Shown here: piece by piece, positions 49,918 to 62,287 of the stretch
How the letters are laid out: each line of letters begins with the position of its first letter
How positions within the stretch are numbered: the stretch's first letter is position 1
From: Paraspadella gotoi
Taxonomy: Eukaryota; Animalia; Chaetognatha
Direction: 5' to 3'
Assembly (NCBI GenBank): GCA_051294375.1
Contig: CM119263.1
Coordinates: 7,674,635 to 7,738,634 of the forward strand
DNA length: 64,000 nt
The notes under the pieces: generated by a model
Seen by the model: the letters and a program-made list of their open reading frames with translations, nothing else
What the model was told of the DNA's origin: nothing
Databases searched by the model: none
Position numbers and translations under genes: made by a program

Positions 49918-52290
49918 AACTTTTTTCTTCCTCAATCGTGTCGAAAATTAATACTATTGATTTTTTTTTGTTTTTACATATTTTTCTTTTTACATCCATC
50001 CCGCTGGAATAATGACAATGAGTATTGATTAATTACTAATTATTGACAATTGTCGAGCTTTTTCCGTGTTAAGGTGACGGTTCTTTTATTTTTCTTTCTT
50101 CCGAAATGTTTACACATTTGCTTTTTTAGATGAATTTTTCTTTACATTACATTCTGTTTAATGTGCCATTGTTTAATTGCTACTATTTCGCCAAATAGGT
50201 TAGGTCACGTAATGACGAAAATATTTTTAAATACCACAGGGCGGATAGGTATCTAGTATCTACGCTTCATTCGAGAGTAATAATAAAAATGTTTCAAAAT
50301 TATTATTTAGTTTTTTTTTTAATCATTTTTATTGCATTCCGATGCGATTAAGTAAAGTACTATAAATACTAGACAACAGATAAACTAGAAGAAGAATTTT
50401 GAATTAAATTATCGCTGTTACTGATACCGAGGATGATGATGATGACGATGACGAACGATGGTGAAAAAAGCTAAGAACCTGTTTAAGTTCATCACTCCGC
50501 ATTTGTTCCCTGAGACGGGGAATTTTAACTGTCTGTTTTAACGACCCGTCTAAAAGGAAAGACGGGTTTGTTTAAATTGCTAGATTCCAAAACTGCGGGT
50601 TTACTTCTGAAATGAAACCTTTTGGAGATTAGGTTGTCGCGTTGGCTTCTAAGTTGCAGCCGTCTTGGGAATTCCCAGCTCTCGCGTTTTTAATTTTCCT
50701 TTTAAAAATTTGAATGCAAAAATTGCGGCGAGGGTGGTTAGTTCTTTTAGTTACTAGTAGCAATTACAAAACAACTTACCAAATTGGATCATGGAATTAA
50801 TAAAAATGCTAGTGGAGGTACGAATTGTGAAAGAATTGGATTATCGTTATCTGTGAAGCGTTCATTTCCTCTGAAATGTGGCAATCATTTTTCAATGTCT
50901 TTATTTTTAAAGTGAGAGGCATAGGTCCTTAGTACACAAGATAGTAACGTTTTTAAAAAAAATTGGTATAATGATTTTCTCTTTAATCACATTGCTCGTT
51001 ATCTCGCGACAGAATGCATAATTGTCGTGCCTTTTTCCTTAATCTCTTTTAAAAAACTGGCCGGTATCGTTAATGTTAAAAGTGAAATTAATATCACAAC
51101 AAACGATATCTCGCGATCTGAACATTAAAAAGGAGTGAGGACGACGACGACGATAACGACGACGACAGCGGCTGGAACGAATCTTCTTTCTCCAGAGAAA
51201 CATCGTTCATCTCGGTCACGACCGCCTAACACAACGCTCTTCTCTAAATATTTGGTTAATCTTTACAATGTCTTTGTGACTTTTCACAATTTTCTTCTCA
51301 AAGCTCCCCTGGAAATATTATTTCGAATAATTGAAATGTTTATTGTTTAATTTGCGGTTACGATAATAACAGAGTTCGTGGCCGAATGTTCGTCCACTTT
51401 TTCTCAATATTTTTTTTTTGCTGGGGTTTTCTCTCTCGGTTCGTAATTCATTTTTAGCATTTGGATTTCACTACAATTTTGAGATTTTGACATTTTCGTA
51501 ATCTACAACCGGCATTTTTTTTTTCTTCCCTGCTCGCGAAATGGCATTTTAAAAAGGACGTGTCTAATCCGAGGAGAGGGGGGAGAGGTGAGCTGCCTCG
51601 AAGGCGGCAAAAGCTGTTTATAGCCCAATGTCCAATCTCGAGCACTTTTATGAAAATTTATAACCGCGGCACGAAAAATAAAACAAAAACAAAAAAACTA
51701 AAAAATCCCGATCTTTTCGTCGATTTTGTTTTCGTCTCAAACCCTCTCGTTCTAAATTCTAATTGTTGTTCTCCGAGGATTCGGTCTTCTGTTTCTCCTC
51801 AATTCCTTCTTTTCATTTAACGTCTTTTCCCCCTTTTCCCTTAACTCATGTCATCCCGCAACATTTTTTGCCTTCTCCCCGATTTCGCTCCCTTCTTTTA
51901 AAACGTTCTTTTTTTTTCTACCCTTGCACCCCCGCCATTTCCTTTCTTTCTACTCGGATCAACTTCATTTTCTCCTCTTTCTCCTCTCCTTTGTCTCCCC
52001 TCTCCCCTTCCTCCGCCTCTTTCTCTGTATCATATTAAGTTTCGCCAGTTTTCTCGCTTTTTTTCTTTTCTTGGGGTTTGGAAGGAGGGAGATACACTGT
52101 CAAGTGGAAGGCTGACGGAGTCGGGGGGAGGACTGGAGGCGGAACGGGTTAACCCTGACTTTTTTTCAAGCTCTTCCCCCCCTTCACTTGATCTCGAAAA
52201 TGTGAAGTGGGCCTGCGCCGCCCCCTTGGCCCCGTTTGGGCGGGAGATCGAGAAAGCGAAAAGAGACAGAGTGGTGCAGGGAATCGGGAC

Positions 52291-52321
<31 letters not shown>

Positions 52322-53748
52322 CGAACATTCATCATTCGGCGATCCGTAAAAAAACAGAAGATGTTTCGAATTCGAATCGACTTCACCATGAAAAAAAAAA
52401 TATGATCCGTTTCCAACTTTGATGTGGGATTCGAAACGCCCTCACCCACCTCGCATCGTCATCCCCTGCGTGAACGTCTCTGCAAACATTTAGATCGAAA
52501 CCAATTCGGGTCGAGGGAGGTGGGCGCTTTTCTCACTTCCTTTTTAAGAAAAAAAAATCGTTTTTCTTTTCATTTCGGGCGACGGGTGTTTGCGTCGTTC
52601 TCGTCACGGGGGTTGGGTGTGGCGGGAGAGGCCCTTTCTTTTTTGGTCTGTGAGTTTGATGTGATAAGACGATATCGTTTCGTTTTTGATACGGGGGGGG
52701 TGAAATAGATTTTAAAAAAGATGGTAAGGGTTAGCAGGGCAAGGCGGGACATAAATGACAAAAGAACAACCACTTACGCCGAGGGAGACACGAAACGAGA
52801 AAGTTGACCTACTTTGCGTCATATTGGAATATTTATTGAGGATCGAGTTTTGGTTCATTTTTTGGGCTTTGAGCTAAAGGAACTATTGTTTTTGAAAGGA
52901 AAGAGCAGAGTGAGATAAGTATTGATAGAAATACTGCATAATATACAATTCTTTTAATGATCGAAACTAGACGCAGGTGAAAAATAACATTTTTTGGGGG
53001 GATAACTTGAGCCTTTTTCAAATCTGGCTCTTGTAGTTTTCTCATAAAGAAAAAAAAAAGAACTTTTACGAGATGACACCTCAATTTAATTATCACTTTC
53101 ACTCTGCTTTTTCTGTCCCTTTTTTCGAACGAAATAAACGGACGATAAATAAAAACCAACCGTCCCCCCCCCCTTACGATTCGTTTTCTTCAAGTTGGTG
53201 ATATTTTTTCTGGGTCTTCGATCGTTTACCCAGAAACCCTACTAAGGAGGAAACAAAGACCAGAGCCGAGAAGTCACGATGTGTGTCTCGCTGTCGTCGC
53301 CTATAAACCCCTCAATCAAATTTACACGCAAAACACGTAAACAAAAAAACCCAAAAATTTCTATATATCCCTTCTCCCCTTTCTCGGTGATCTGAGACGG
53401 GTCTCTCCTCGCTTGCCAGGTTCTAAGACGCCAAGAAAAAGAGAGAGAGAGAGAGAAGAAATTCGAACGGTTCCAAAGTGCAAATTTGGAAAGGACTCGC
53501 CCAAATTTCGAAACCGATCCAAAAAAACTCACGCAAGGGTGATTCTCTCTCCTAGAGTCGAGGGTCGTCTTTGCACGAGATCATCGCTTCCCCCCGAATC
53601 GGGACGACTCGCTCTCTGTCTCTCTTTCTCTCTTCATTTCCCACATTTCGAAAAAAACAAACGGAGAGATGGGGAGAGAAGAAATAAAGAGAGAGAGAGA
53701 GAGAATCGACGTTTGGACCCCGACAAAATAATAATTGTGGTGGATGTG

Positions 53749-53793
<45 letters not shown>

Positions 53794-54088
53794 ACAACAA
53801 CTGGAAAAGCGGATTTAATTCGGTTCCTCTTTTCTCTCGCGGCCTTCCATAGACCGGACGGGGACGTGGATGGGAAAAGGGAGAAGAGCTTTTTATTTCG
53901 CCCTTTGTTTCTTTATTCTCTCGATATCGGATTTTCGGGATTCGTCCTTCCTAAACTTTGAAACCCGGGATTAAAAGCTTTTTCTCGCTCGGCCAGCCTA
54001 CTTTTACGTCTGCACAGATCTCGCCCGAGAGGAAAAAAAAGGATTAAAAATGAAAAAAAAAGTTTTTTGGGGAATCTTAAAATACGGA

Positions 54089-54149
<61 letters not shown>

Positions 54150-55364
54150 CTCTCTCACGTCCCTCGACTCGTATTTACGCTTCGTGTCGACGATGTAATA
54201 CGATTTCGTCGAATAAGAAAAACAGAAGACTTTGCTTGGTTTCTTAGTCATTTCCCTCTCGCTCTCTATCTCACTCGACATATTTCCCTCGCGACGCGAA
54301 TTCCTAATTCTGTCACGCCGAAGAATATTATTCTTTCACGCTGTTAGTTGACTTTCCACTAATTTCTGGTGGCAGGACTCATCTCGGTTTCGTGATATTT
54401 GAGGAAACTTTTCGAGAAAAAAAAATTAATACAGCCGTAAACATCTTTAAATACAATTCATATATTTATTTATAAGTTTTTGGTATTTTATTTGTGGGTA
54501 CCGGTTATTTGCTAATATTAAATTTGTCCCCGCTTCGTTGAACTTGCTGATCCTTGTTTCTTGGAAATACAATCGATCGCTCGCTTTCGATCTTGAGAGA
54601 CGGACGGACCGACGGTCTCTCTCTCTCTCTCTCTCTCTCTCGTTCTCTCTGCGTCTCTTCTCTCTATCTCCATCTCTCTCTCTTCTCTCTCTCTTCTCTC
54701 TACCAGCCCTTAAAAGACGGGGGATAGAGAGAGGAAGGGCCGTAAAACCTCCTCCGCCATAAAAAATCATTGTTTCCAGGTGAATAAGGGAGATTCCGAA
54801 GGAATCTATAAAACCAACTCGTCGGCCCAAAAAAAAAAATACGCGAAGAAAAGAGTCAAGAAAAAAAAAGCCTCGCAAAAATTCATAATAAATCGTCGTA
54901 AGGAAAAAAAAAGAAGGAAAAACATGATCGGGAACGATGATCTTTACCAAGTTTGACGTCGAAATCTCGAAAACCCGGTGGATTTTTATATTCCCCGCTA
55001 TCCAAACTTCTCCTCGTTCCCTCCGTTTTTAATGCGAACCACGAAAAATAAGGGTATCTTGTTTCGGGCATTCTCCCAGGAGAAACCTTCTCCTTTTATT
55101 ATTAGGCGATCTCGAATGAAAACCATTTCCTAAATGGAAATCAACGCACAAAGCCTCTATTTTTTTCTAAACAAGAATCCGCATAATTTTTTTTCTTCTC
55201 TAAAACTAAAAAGAGCTATACGTAGAGCTCTCTCTCTCTATCTCTCTATCTCTCTCTCTCTCTCTCTCATCCATAAAAAGGAGAGTCTCGCAAACAAACA
55301 AAAGTTGTTGTACTCCAACGAAAAAATCAGCTTCCATCGAGGCTCACACAGCCAGCAATTCTGT

Positions 55365-55462
<98 letters not shown>

Positions 55463-55732
55463 AGACGCGCCAAAACCCCTAACCACTGAGAAAAAACCAA
55501 ATAACGAAACTCCGCGAGAAACGTAAAACGTCGCCGCTTTTTTTTTTAAAGGAACTCGACCAGTCCGTCTTTTTTTATTCCTTCGTTCGACTCGGCGACG
55601 GCGACTTCATCCATATGCGGACGCATATGCTGCCCACATCGGGGCATTAATACTGGGCAAACATATTTTAAATAGTAGACTCCTTCCGTGACCGTCTCGT
55701 TGATCGAAAGGGGCACTCCTACCAAGAGTTCC

Positions 55733-55770
<38 letters not shown>

Positions 55771-56380
55771 ATCTCGCGCGAGATTTTTGTTAGGATACTC
55801 AACAAAAGGCTCCAACGATCCGAGCGATCGTTAATCTCTCTCTAATATCCGTGTAAACAACTCGAGAGAGAGAGAAANNNNNNNNNNCTCCTCACACTAG
55901 AACTTATTACGAAAAATCGGGAAGAAACTAAATAAGAAGCGAGAGAGAGAGAGAGAGAAGAAAGAGATAAAACCCCATTCATCCACCGGCGGGAAAGTCC
56001 TCTCGAGATTTATCTTTCTCTCCTTTTTCTTTTTCCCCTTTATTTTTCTTAGACCGAAACTTTTATTCATTTTCGGCTCAACATTCTCTCACGGGTAACG
56101 AAGGCTCAAAAAAAAATATATTCTCCTTTACTTTTCTCGTAGGAATTCGAAGGAAGGTGAATCGGTTTCCGAAGGAAAATAGAAGAAAAAAACCCGACGA
56201 GGGAGTTGGCTCTTGGAAGATATAACCACAACAACAACAACAACCGCAAGCGAGGATGAGAACGACGTCGACGCCGTCCTTTCGCCAATAAAAGGGGAAA
56301 ATTAGATTCCGCCCTTCTCATTCGGCGGCGCCGCGATGAACCGGACGTCCCGTCGTCCACTCGGCGGCGCCTCGACTAAA

Positions 56381-59300
56381 ATGAAGACCCTCTCGCTTCT
56401 CGTGTCCATCTTCGCCATGATTCGCACGATCAACGTTTTGTCGGCGGCGAATCCTCACCACGAGTCGCGCCAGGTGCGCCGCTTCCGTTTGGCGTCTAAC
56501 CTGACGTGGTCTTCCTCCCGCGCCTTTTGTTTGAGTCGTGGCATGGATCTTTGCTCCTACGAAAGAACTTGCGGCAAATATCGACGGCCCTTCGGCGGTC
56601 AGATCAAGGGATCCCATTGGGTCCCCGTTCAAGACCGCTTCAACGACTGGGTTCAAGTGGGAACGGCCAGTCCAAACTCTCTCTGCCTCAGGTTTACGGA
56701 TTTGGCCATCCCTCCTCGAAGTCCCTCGTGGGGCACGCGACGCATCGGTATGGACCACAAGGGTCGCGTCTTCTGCTGCGCCCGCGACCCCAAAACCGCC
56801 GAGACGCCCGTCTTCTTGTTCGAAAAAATCCCGCGACGACCAGAGTGGCGAGAGACTGGGACGGAAACGACGACCGCGACGACGACGACGACTTCAAACG
56901 AGACGCACCACGTGCGAGGTCTTTCCCTCAACGGCTGCGCCAGGCTCTGCCTCTCGGGCGGGGTCTTTGAGTGCCACGCCTTTCGCTATCGCGCGGCGAC
57001 TCGCGGTTGTTTCGTCGAGTCGACCCAGTCGTCCAAGATCGAGTCCAGCGAAGGAGAGGACGCCTACCGACGCGCCGACCTCCGTCTCACTTCATGCGGA
57101 AAATCGGGTAAATCTGGTCCCTCATACAATGACTGCCTTCGCTCCTACGCGACCACGCCCATCATCGATATGCTCACTGTAGAGGGCGGCATTCAGTTTT
57201 GGTCGGTTCCTGTCGGCGGCAAGTATCGGATCGAGATCGCTGCACCCTCCGGGCGCCAGTGGATGCGCGGTGTCGGCGGTTACGGCGTCATCTTGGGCGG
57301 GACCTTCCGCCTTCAGCAGGGAACCATCTTGAAAGTACTCGTCGGGCAACAGTCGGACTACGCGGGCGGGCAGAAATTTGTCGGCGGATCGGGAGGCACC
57401 TTCGTCTCCACGATTAACAACCTGCCTCTGATGGTGGCGGGGGGAGGAGCGTCATCTTCGCAAATGCTTTCGGCGAATCACGACACGACTGACGGAAACG
57501 TGCGGCCCAATGGGAAGCACGCCTCTGCCGCCTTCAAGTCTTGGGGTCACGCCGGCGAAGCCGGCGGAGGGGGCCAGCGGGGTTACACGGCCTCCGGGAC
57601 GGGCGCTTCCGGGGGCGGGGCAGGATTTTACGGCAATGCGGCCGGGTATAATTCTTCGGAAAATTCTTGGCTGGTTCCCGCTAAAGCATTTGTCTCGCCG
57701 GAAGAGCCGGGCGTCGGCGAGGAGATGTACAGCGAGATCGACCACGCCTACAACAACGGAGGCTTCGGCGGCGGCGGAGCGGCGGGCGAAGGAGGTGGAG
57801 GAGGCGGCGGCGGATTCAGCGGCGGAGGTGGCGGGCCTAAGCGAGGATGGGCCGGCGGAGGAGGATCGTTTAACGGCGGAGCCAACGCCAAAGCTCGCGC
57901 CGACAATACTGGCCTCGGTTGGGTGAAAATAGCTTTTCTCGAGCCGGAACCGGCCGAAACATCTCTTCGTCCGGCGAAAATTAGGCCGGAAACGGACAAG
58001 ACGGGGAGTTCAACGGATATTTTTCCGGTAGTGAACGTTCCTTCCGTTTCTTATCACGGAACGAGGGAGAATGAATCTCTTAATGTCTCCCCTCATCGCG
58101 AAAATGAATTCACGACCTCAACAATTTCCGAGCCGAGTGTGAACGTCGAAGAGGCTTTAAGTCCCGCTGCGGACCGCCCGCCGAACCGCCCGCCGAACCG
58201 CGGAGTCGTAGAAGTCACGACCCTCGGGCAAAATCTCTCCGAATTCGCCGACAACGACCTCTTCTTATCGCTCGGCAGCGAAGACGGCGATTTCCCTCAC
58301 GCGGTGCCGAGACCGACGATCGAATCGATCCTAACTGCGCACACGCGAGATCGGCGCCGGATGAGCGCCGTATATTTGGCGGTGCTGGTCTGCGGTCTTC
58401 TCGTCGTCGCCCTTTTCATGGTCGTGGTCGCCATTTTCCTTCGTCGTTGCTATTTCGCCTCGAAAGCCAAATACGTCGCACCGAGAGACGATTTTGACGC
58501 CGCGTCCGTCAAGAAAAGTCGGAAAGGGAACGATTACGGCGGCGCATCGACGGCAACGGCGGCGCCGGACGAAGCGGACTACGAAGAACCCTGGCCGGAC
58601 CTCACCGACGTCCTGTCCGCGTCGTCGCGCTCCGCCGCGAGGCCGCTTTCCAACGAAGACGAGACGGCTCCTCAACGCCACGCTCAGAGTTCCGCTTCGA
58701 TGAGATCCTGCGACTACAGCACCGGCTACACCACCATCTCCACGCTGCGCAGCGAAGACGCTACGGGCGTCTCGCCCGACGTCTTTCTTGGGGGTCATCT
58801 TTATTGCTCTATATCTGCCGCGAGGGGTTGCGAAACAGACGGCGGTGGAGGGGATGCCTCTTCCGCGGCAGAGCAGCAGAGCGTCGCTCTACTGTCGGCC
58901 GATGAAGACTTCGCATTTCCCGCCGTAGCCGAAGCTTCGAAGCGGGGCGGCACCGACGCCCGAGAGCCATCCATCTTAACTACGCACGACAGCGACCATG
59001 ACGAGGAGACAGAGGCGTCTGGGAGCGAGTCGGAGGGAGACAGATCCGACGCCTCGGAAGAGATAACCAGCGACATCGACTTTCAAAAGTTTTCGAGAAA
59101 AGATCCGAGATCGAAAGAAACGAGCTACGATGACGAAAGCGACGACGACGACGACACTTCGCTCGATTACGCCATTCCGCACGATTCGGTGATTTTCGAG
59201 AGGAAAGGCCGAGGGCGAAAACCCGAGCCCGAAAAGAAAATCCTCGGTCGATCGAATGGCGATCTCCCCCCCGCTCGCCGAGAAGCGATCGGCGATTGCC

Positions 59301-60310
59301 CCCCTCCTCGCCGCGAAGAGATGCAATCGAAATCCGAGTCGAGCCCCGAGGCCTCCGCGTCTCCAGTTCGATCCAAATCCTACATCGTTCGCTCTGCCGT
59401 GCGGGCGAATCCGCGAAACCCGACTAAACCGCGGCCGCGCAGAACTCGATCCGATCCGCGGCAGTGCCCGTGCGGATCCTCGCCGAACTCTTTGAGAAAG
59501 GACGTCGAAGACGAGCGGCGAGGCTTCGAACTTCCCGCCTCGCGATGCCCCGTGCCCAACTCCGTAACTCTCGGCCACACCACCAGCCCCACGCCCCTCG
59601 GCCCCTCCGTTTTTCTCTCGAGAAATCTCCCGGACCTCCCGACTCGGTCGCCGACTCCGCCGTCGCCGCGAGCCTCTCCGCTCGGCGTCAACTTGTACGC
59701 GCCCTTGACGGATTTTGGGACGGCGGGATCGTCGGACAACAGCGTCCACTACGCCTGCACCGACATCACGGATATTATCAAAAAGCAGCTCATCTCGACG
59801 CAGGATCGGGCCAGGCCGAGGCAGGCCGCCTGGGACGGAGAGGCGAAATCGACTGACAGGCTCGCCTCGACGCAGAACGATTTGCCGAATCGCTCGACGA
59901 ACAAACTGCCGAACATTCCGAACAAAAATCCTCCGGGTTTATTTCCCCTCGAGTCTCTTGGCTACGAGATCGAGACCAGTGGTGGTGGTAGTGGTAATGT
60001 CGGAGGAGGAGGAGGAGGAAGAGGGGGCGGCGGCAGCCTTCCTTTTTCGATGGATGAAAATCTGTCTTCTCTCGTCGTCGGGGGAAATTTACGAAGCGAC
60101 AATCTAAGTCGGGCGAATATCGAAGGTCGACCTTCCAACTCTTCGCAACCTCGAAGAGCCCCTTACCCGAACTTCCCCCTCCCCTCTCCGCCCAAGGACG
60201 ACTCCGACCCGTCGGAGGCGGCCTCCGCTGCGGCCGCGCCCAACGCCCGAGAGGCCGCAGCCTTGAGGCATTCCGTTTTGACAGCGATCGAAAATCAACT
60301 CATCGCTTAA
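56381..60310 (+). CDS. Intronless type I membrane protein: signal peptide, Cys/Trp-rich domain, PAN/apple domain, ALK/LTK-like glycine-rich domain, TM and long Tyr-motif-bearing disordered tail (no kinase); an upstream in-frame ATG lies at 56336
   Basis: Single 1324-codon ORF. Signal MKTLSLLVSIFAMIRTINVLSA; WSSSRAFCLSRGMDLC...WVPVQDRFNDWVQVG...PSWG...VFCC; PAN SLNGCARLCLSGGVFECHAFRYRAATRGCFV...DAYRR; ALK/LTK-type TSCGKSGKSGPSYNDC...GIQFWSVPVGGKYRIEIAAPSG...FRLQQGTILKVLVGQQ...GGSGGTFV...PLMVAGGG...GGFGGGG...GGGFSGG...GGGSF...GWVKI; TM AVYLAVLVCGLLVVALFMVVVAIFL followed by RR. Confidence 0.88.
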   Translation: MKTLSLLVSIFAMIRTINVLSAANPHHESRQVRRFRLASNLTWSSSRAFCLSRGMDLCSYERTCGKYRRPFGGQIKGSHWVPVQDRFNDWVQVGTASPNSLCLRFTDLAIPPRSPSWGTRRIGMDHKGRVFCCARDPKTAETPVFLFEKIPRRPEWRETGTETTTATTTTTSNETHHVRGLSLNGCARLCLSGGVFECHAFRYRAATRGCFVESTQSSKIESSEGEDAYRRADLRLTSCGKSGKSGPSYNDCLRSYATTPIIDMLTVEGGIQFWSVPVGGKYRIEIAAPSGRQWMRGVGGYGVILGGTFRLQQGTILKVLVGQQSDYAGGQKFVGGSGGTFVSTINNLPLMVAGGGASSSQMLSANHDTTDGNVRPNGKHASAAFKSWGHAGEAGGGGQRGYTASGTGASGGGAGFYGNAAGYNSSENSWLVPAKAFVSPEEPGVGEEMYSEIDHAYNNGGFGGGGAAGEGGGGGGGGFSGGGGGPKRGWAGGGGSFNGGANAKARADNTGLGWVKIAFLEPEPAETSLRPAKIRPETDKTGSSTDIFPVVNVPSVSYHGTRENESLNVSPHRENEFTTSTISEPSVNVEEALSPAADRPPNRPPNRGVVEVTTLGQNLSEFADNDLFLSLGSEDGDFPHAVPRPTIESILTAHTRDRRRMSAVYLAVLVCGLLVVALFMVVVAIFLRRCYFASKAKYVAPRDDFDAASVKKSRKGNDYGGASTATAAPDEADYEEPWPDLTDVLSASSRSAARPLSNEDETAPQRHAQSSASMRSCDYSTGYTTISTLRSEDATGVSPDVFLGGHLYCSISAARGCETDGGGGDASSAAEQQSVALLSADEDFAFPAVAEASKRGGTDAREPSILTTHDSDHDEETEASGSESEGDRSDASEEITSDIDFQKFSRKDPRSKETSYDDESDDDDDTSLDYAIPHDSVIFERKGRGRKPEPEKKILGRSNGDLPPARREAIGDCPPPRREEMQSKSESSPEASASPVRSKSYIVRSAVRANPRNPTKPRPRRTRSDPRQCPCGSSPNSLRKDVEDERRGFELPASRCPVPNSVTLGHTTSPTPLGPSVFLSRNLPDLPTRSPTPPSPRASPLGVNLYAPLTDFGTAGSSDNSVHYACTDITDIIKKQLISTQDRARPRQAAWDGEAKSTDRLASTQNDLPNRSTNKLPNIPNKNPPGLFPLESLGYEIETSGGGSGNVGGGGGGRGGGGSLPFSMDENLSSLVVGGNLRSDNLSRANIEGRPSNSSQPRRAPYPNFPLPSPPKDDSDPSEAASAAAAPNAREAAALRHSVLTAIENQLIA

Positions 60311-62287
60311 AGTTAAAAATTTTTATTCCAAATTTTTCTTTTATTTTTACCCCCTGAATTAGTAAATTGCTTTGAATGTTTAAGTTTCTCAAGTATAATA
60401 GAATATTGTTTTTCCAAATACATGATAATTATCAATGTTTTACTTTGTATAAAAAGATAAGGGAAAATGATTTTTTAAAAAAAAATACAAAAAAATACTA
60501 CGTTAATATACGTAATAAGCAATTCATATATATCTCCGAATTATTTTGTGATTCCATTATTAAAACCTTTTCCTCTTTTTTTTTGTTAACGTTGCCTCAT
60601 TATTTTAAGAACTTGTTAATAAATGTCACGCAAAAATCTGTCATTCTTATTGATAAGAATATTGTTAAAAATCCAAGATGCTTGAAAAAGTAAGTTGTTT
60701 TTTCATTGTAAGATAGAAATGGCAAAAACTCGCTGATTAAAAAAAATTGATAAATCATAATAGCATAAAGTTGCGCACGACAGTTGGTGGTATGTACAAT
60801 GTGGTATATTTATTCAGAAAATTATCATTGTTTAGCAAATTAACACTAAAGGTTTTAAATTCATATTTCTACTTCTAGTCAGAAGAGGCTCTCTTTGACT
60901 TTTGTTTTTCAAAAAGAGAACCTTTTAAAGATTCTTACCAGGGAGACGCAGATCACTTTCAAAGAAAAACAAAAAGCTACATTGTAATATCCCTTATATT
61001 TATAATTATAAAACTAGTCAAAATTAACCTAATTTATTAATTAATACATTATTGCGTAAACTCATTTTTATGTGTAAGTAAATTTTTTTCATGATTTAAA
61101 ATTTACAATACAGTACTTCTACAAAGGCTTGATTGTGGGATATAAATTTAAATCATAAAACTTGAAAAACTGAGGAATTAGTCGTGTTTCTAATGATCAT
61201 TCTCGCGAAAGAAAGAACAGGTATAACTGCCTAGTGCCTAGCAAACAGTGACTTTCCAAACCATTTCTTAATTACGCGCAGATAATTTTAGGGCAAATTT
61301 TAAAAATTGGCTACGGAAGGCCGAAGCTTCAAGTTTAACGCATTATATCCACGTTTACTCTTTAGTCTACTAAAATAGCAACTTGAACTCGAGAATGTTT
61401 TTTTGTCAAACCGTCGATCTTCTGGTCTCGCCGTAGTTTTTCTTTTTGTTTTAATCAACTCCAAATGGATAAAAGCTCAAGGCGACCAAAGAAAGATTTT
61501 GGTAATTCAATTACCAATAAAAACTCTCGCCCCGTTTTAACTGTCATTTCTGATATCGCCTCGGCAATTAAAACGGTTATCCGTTAAATAACTGAATATT
61601 CAATACCAAAATTAACGCCATTCATTACTTTAATACGTATTAGGTTTAAATTTTGAAAAGAAAATAATTCTAAAAGCCATCTCATTCGAGCACGCAGGGA
61701 TGATTTGACATCCTCGTATCGACTTTCACTTTCCACCGTCATAAATCACATAGGGTTACGGCTCCCAAACGTCAAGGGTTTTTACTCCTACAAAAATATC
61801 GGCGAACAATCGACATTCGACAGCCACCATCGTTATTGGCGAATTTTTCGAATTTTTCTCCCCTTTTATCGTCCGACAAACTGAAAAAATAATCCCGAAT
61901 CGAGTGTTCGAAGCTGAGGAGAGGGACTCGTAATATTCTTTTTTTCTCTCTCTCTCTTTCTCTCGAAAAAAGCCTAAGTTTTCTCTCTCAACTCTAGTTC
62001 TTCTCGCATTTAAAACGAACCCAACAACAACGCGCATCCTAGTCGAGAGTACGTTAACTGCTCAGTTTTCATCATTAACGTCAATAAACAATCGAAAATC
62101 CCTCTTTTTTTTTTTTAGGCCGATGAACTTTGTTGAAGGCTGGCGTCGGTTCGAACCACTCGGACGAGAGCGCGATGCTGGTTTTTAATGGTTTACTCCT
62201 CACACATGCTGGTGATAATTAGATCCTGTAAACAACAATTCCCAAATGTTGTTAACGTTGGAACTAAATTTTCTCCTTTGAAACAAA

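Noticed and set aside
50400-50880. Possible minus-strand spliced transcript convergent with cortactin
   Set aside because: One good donor (~50779) and one acceptor, but frames stop early and no domain is recognisable.
55991-56001. NF-kB-like site GGGAAAGTCC upstream of the ALK-like gene (also at ~11597)
   Set aside because: A single short motif can occur by chance in 64 kb; no supporting cluster.
51135-56360. ORFs of 60-180 aa between cortactin and the ALK-like gene
   Set aside because: Microsatellite- and homopolymer-driven, no recognisable domains and no consistent splice model; more likely a long regulatory or 5' UTR region.
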